A model generated the notes under the pieces. It saw nothing but the letters and a program-made list of their open reading frames with translations, made no database searches and was not told the DNA's origin. DNA of 63,445 nucleotides, filler included, from Phoronis australis (taxonomy: Eukaryota; Animalia; Phoronida): NCBI GenBank assembly GCA_002633005.1. It is 5 parts of 5 records of this genome, joined end to end, with 100 filler letters (N's around TTAATTAATTAA, not from the genome) between each part and the next. Parts side by side here need not be neighbours in the genome. Positions count along the whole stretch, not along the records: positions 53,928 to 63,445 come from NMRA01001812.1; 4 more parts are not named here. One strand, 5' to 3'. Positions 60,801-63,445 of this stretch are shown one piece after another; position 1 is the first letter of the stretch; every line of letters begins with the position of its first letter. A program made the position numbers and the translations under genes.

Positions 60801-61333
60801 AGTGGCTGCAATATTACCGCATAAATCAGTTTCAGCCTTCATAAACTTGCACTGCTGGTAGTCGCCATCAGTCTCTGATAGTTTTCTCTTCCTGGATTTG
60901 CCCAGTGTCTTCACAACTTTGGGTCGGTCATTTTCATCAATGTTCTCCGATAATTTTCTCTTCTTAGGTCCATTCTGACTTGTAGAAAAATAATCGCTTA
61001 TGAGCCGTTTAGGTGATGTACAACTCAAGTGGTCACTACCTGAACTTTGCACATGGTCAGCACACTCGGTTTTGGCAGGTTCTTTTTGGGGTGCCGTACA
61101 ACTCAAGTGGTGACTACCTGAACTTTGCAATTGGTCAGCACATTCGGTTTTGGCAGGTTCCTTACAAAACAATACTTTGAAAGGAAACAGACCAGTCAGA
61201 AAGTAGAATATATTTCTTTCCGTCAAAGTTGCAGTGGTGTTCTTCTCCAGTTGTTTGTCATCCACACTGCACGAATTGCTTCCAACTTGTTTCACTAGAA
61301 CTGTTTTCTGCACACAATCAGACACAAATTCCG
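54879..61333 (-). CDS. PNKP: Bifunctional polynucleotide phosphatase/kinase, internal exons: join(61333..60682, 57524..57422, 55778..55699, 54957..54879); first exon and 3' half not found in window
   Basis: FHA C-terminal half ([24 protein letters not shown]), then [14 protein letters not shown] motif [28 protein letters not shown] and [17 protein letters not shown], matching the PNKP phosphatase domain. GT..AG introns with consistent phases 2, 0, 2. Confidence 0.92.
55112..55280. repeat. ~56-bp tandem repeat, 3 copies, in PNKP intron
   Basis: AATTAATTTACACTG.G.GAAATGTAGTGAAAAC occurs three times. Confidence 0.9.
56519..56862. mobile_element. Palindromic Penelope-like pseudo-LTR remnant with a hammerhead-like motif in each arm
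   Basis: Arms 56519-56674 and 56703-56862 are near-perfect inverted repeats; the 28-bp spacer copies 56559-56586; each arm has CTT-CTGATGA-T-GGTGT...ACAYY-GAAACAT..AAG. Confidence 0.7.
56787..56831 (+). ncRNA. Minimal type I hammerhead ribozyme-like motif (probably inactivated)
   Basis: Stem I CTT/AAG, core CTGATGA (56790-56796), stem II GGTGT/ACACC, GAAAC (56819-56823), palindromic ACATGT stem III. The cleavage triplet reads GUG rather than GUH. Confidence 0.55.
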
Positions 61334-63445
61334 CTGGAAGAGTAACAAATTTAATTCATAATTATTTAAACAAATAAGAAGTCTGGTTTTCAGATTGCTG
61401 GCACTATTGTAGTCCCATCACGAAATGTCAGGAGGAAAGCATGACAGCTGAAACTTTTTTCTACACTGACAATCAACAGGCAACCAGAGTTCCCATAATA
61501 GAAAACTCAAATTCCACAGAAATTTCAAAATTCATGAATATGTTCTTAAAGTCCATGTTCATGGTATTGAGCAGTTTGTATACAACCTTAAAATCAGCAG
61601 AAAGAACTAGAGACATGCATGAAAAATGTTTCATTTTGGTGAAAAAAAGACTTATCTCCAACAAGTGCTCTGCTTTTCAAATTCGACATAGGTGATCCAA
61701 ACTTGTCATGACAAAATCCCAACTCAATGCAACGAGTCAAATCTGGTTGTGGAAAAAACTGACGTCTATCAGAATAAAAAACATGAGATATCTGCCATTA
61801 ACACATACACACAAGCCCATTTTTAACAAATTAAAGTTGACTTCAATGCACAGTATGCTGATCACATGCTTCTACACTCTTTTAGCACACTGCTGGTCGT
61901 ATAACACAAATTATTTGCCAGACAGTGCAATTCACTCCGACTCACTTTTTACCAAGACCCAGGGACAAAACTAAGAGTATTAGTTTGGGGGAGGGGTGTT
62001 GAATGTAGTTTGCCCAACTACCTGAAACCCCTTGAAACTTCACGTGTTCAGAGTGGACGAGGAATAGTAAACAGATGAATTTGCTGTTTCGGGATTGTTA
62101 CATTTTCTGAATCAAAAAGTAATCTTATGCTAAAATTAGAGTGGAGATTCATCACAATTTTTCCAAAAAAATATCAACTGAGTTTCTGATTTCCCTCCCA
62201 CTTACAAGTATGATAAATGCGTGCGTGCGCTCAGTTAGTTGCTTGAAGTCACTTGAGGTCGAAGGCAATATTTTCCATATAAGGGAAATGTGATACGTCT
62301 ATGCCATACCAAATAAGGAGACGTACTTTGCCTCGTGTGAGAAAAATCGACGAAGTGGCAAGCAGTTGACACGTCGCTTTTTTTTTTAAAGTTGAAACTA
62401 AAAGAAAATGCCACATAAAAAAATCTTTACGAGTAAATGATGAAAATACCTGGCAACCAGGTTGAATTCCGTTTCAGTGGCAGAGAACCACTTTCAATAT
62501 TGCAATTCAGTCTGTTTGTCGCGTTCCAGGCCTCTTTAAAGTTTTAAACTACAAGTATATAAATATAATGCTCACTAGATACTTTCATAACATAGAATTC
62601 GTCCAAGAATATCGTCCACTTCGAGAAAACATGCGCAGAACAACACCATCACAACTTCCCAGTTACGGTACTAATAATACAAACTATCGATCACCATATA
62701 CTGTTCCTCCAATGAAAAAACAACAACACAAAACAGACTGTATTACCATTTGTCATATCTTTTGAACCACTGCAATCTTCCAGAATACGTTTTGAGTAAA
62801 GCAATAACTTATTCAATATTTATAACATGTTTAACTATCCTGTGGAAGAAATGTGTAATTACTAGTACCCTATGCACTTGCAGAAAATATTGGAAATTAT
62901 TTTTCAATTTACATAATTGTTTATCAGGCAACAAATGTCCCCTCCGATACACCATGTGGGTCAGGCTTTCTGGAATTACCCAAAAATGCAAAATATGTAA
63001 TGTCACATGACAGCATTTAGATTTAACACCTTATAAATGTATGCGCTTTTTGATTTTCTTTAGTAATTTCACTATAATATTCACAAAAATTTGCAATTTT
63101 ATTGGCCCCATAATTCCTCATTATGAGTGTAACTTTTTATTGCGTTTCTAGAATTTTTAACACTTTTGAACAAAACTTAAGCAAGAGTGCCCTAAGAAAG
63201 TTCCAAGTTTCTAAGCACGTTACTCAAAAAACTACAAGCAAATTATTTCCCCTCCTTTACGGGCAAAATAAATTGCCAAAATAAAACAGAATAATCTGGT
63301 TAAAATTTCAGATTTCATATTGGTATCATTTTAAAGCTTTCGGAGAATTTTTTCTAACAGCTACAACTTACTTCCTTTTTTCAGTTACGCCATGCTCATT
63401 ATGCCTTCACTAATAGGCTTTCACATGGGCGGCACACCATGGGGG

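Noticed and set aside
61334-63445. First coding exon of PNKP (FHA N-terminal half)
   Set aside because: No GRGP...SR-type FHA peptide recognised; probably outside the window.

Overview
AT-rich, intron-rich eukaryotic DNA, most likely from an invertebrate animal (inference from gene structure and repeat families). It consists of five contig segments joined by four identical artificial 100-bp spacers (44 N + TTAATTAATTAA + 44 N), so adjacency across the spacers is unproven. Supported genes, all on the minus strand: a complete 4-exon MFS transporter (MFSD4/NaGLT1-like, 509 aa, 11658-22844); the last three exons of IMP4 (51012-52937); four internal exons of PNKP (54879-61333) with an expanded, internally duplicated linker; and the N-terminal exon of an unidentified Pro/His-rich protein with a 10-aa repeat (45083-45552). 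Much of the rest is transposon-derived: a full-length decayed Ty3/Gypsy element with very short LTRs, tRNA-Ser PBS, PPT and TSD inside MFS intron 2; a 5'-truncated LINE with a (GAA)n tail; a solo LTR with a perfect 5-bp TSD; a Helentron-associated (HINE-like) family; several MITEs; a tRNA-like SINE head; and satellites. The most unusual structure is a ~340-bp palindrome in a PNKP intron with a minimal hammerhead-ribozyme-like motif in each arm, resembling a Penelope pseudo-LTR. I found no convincing wholly new multi-gene system; the best leads are listed as findings.
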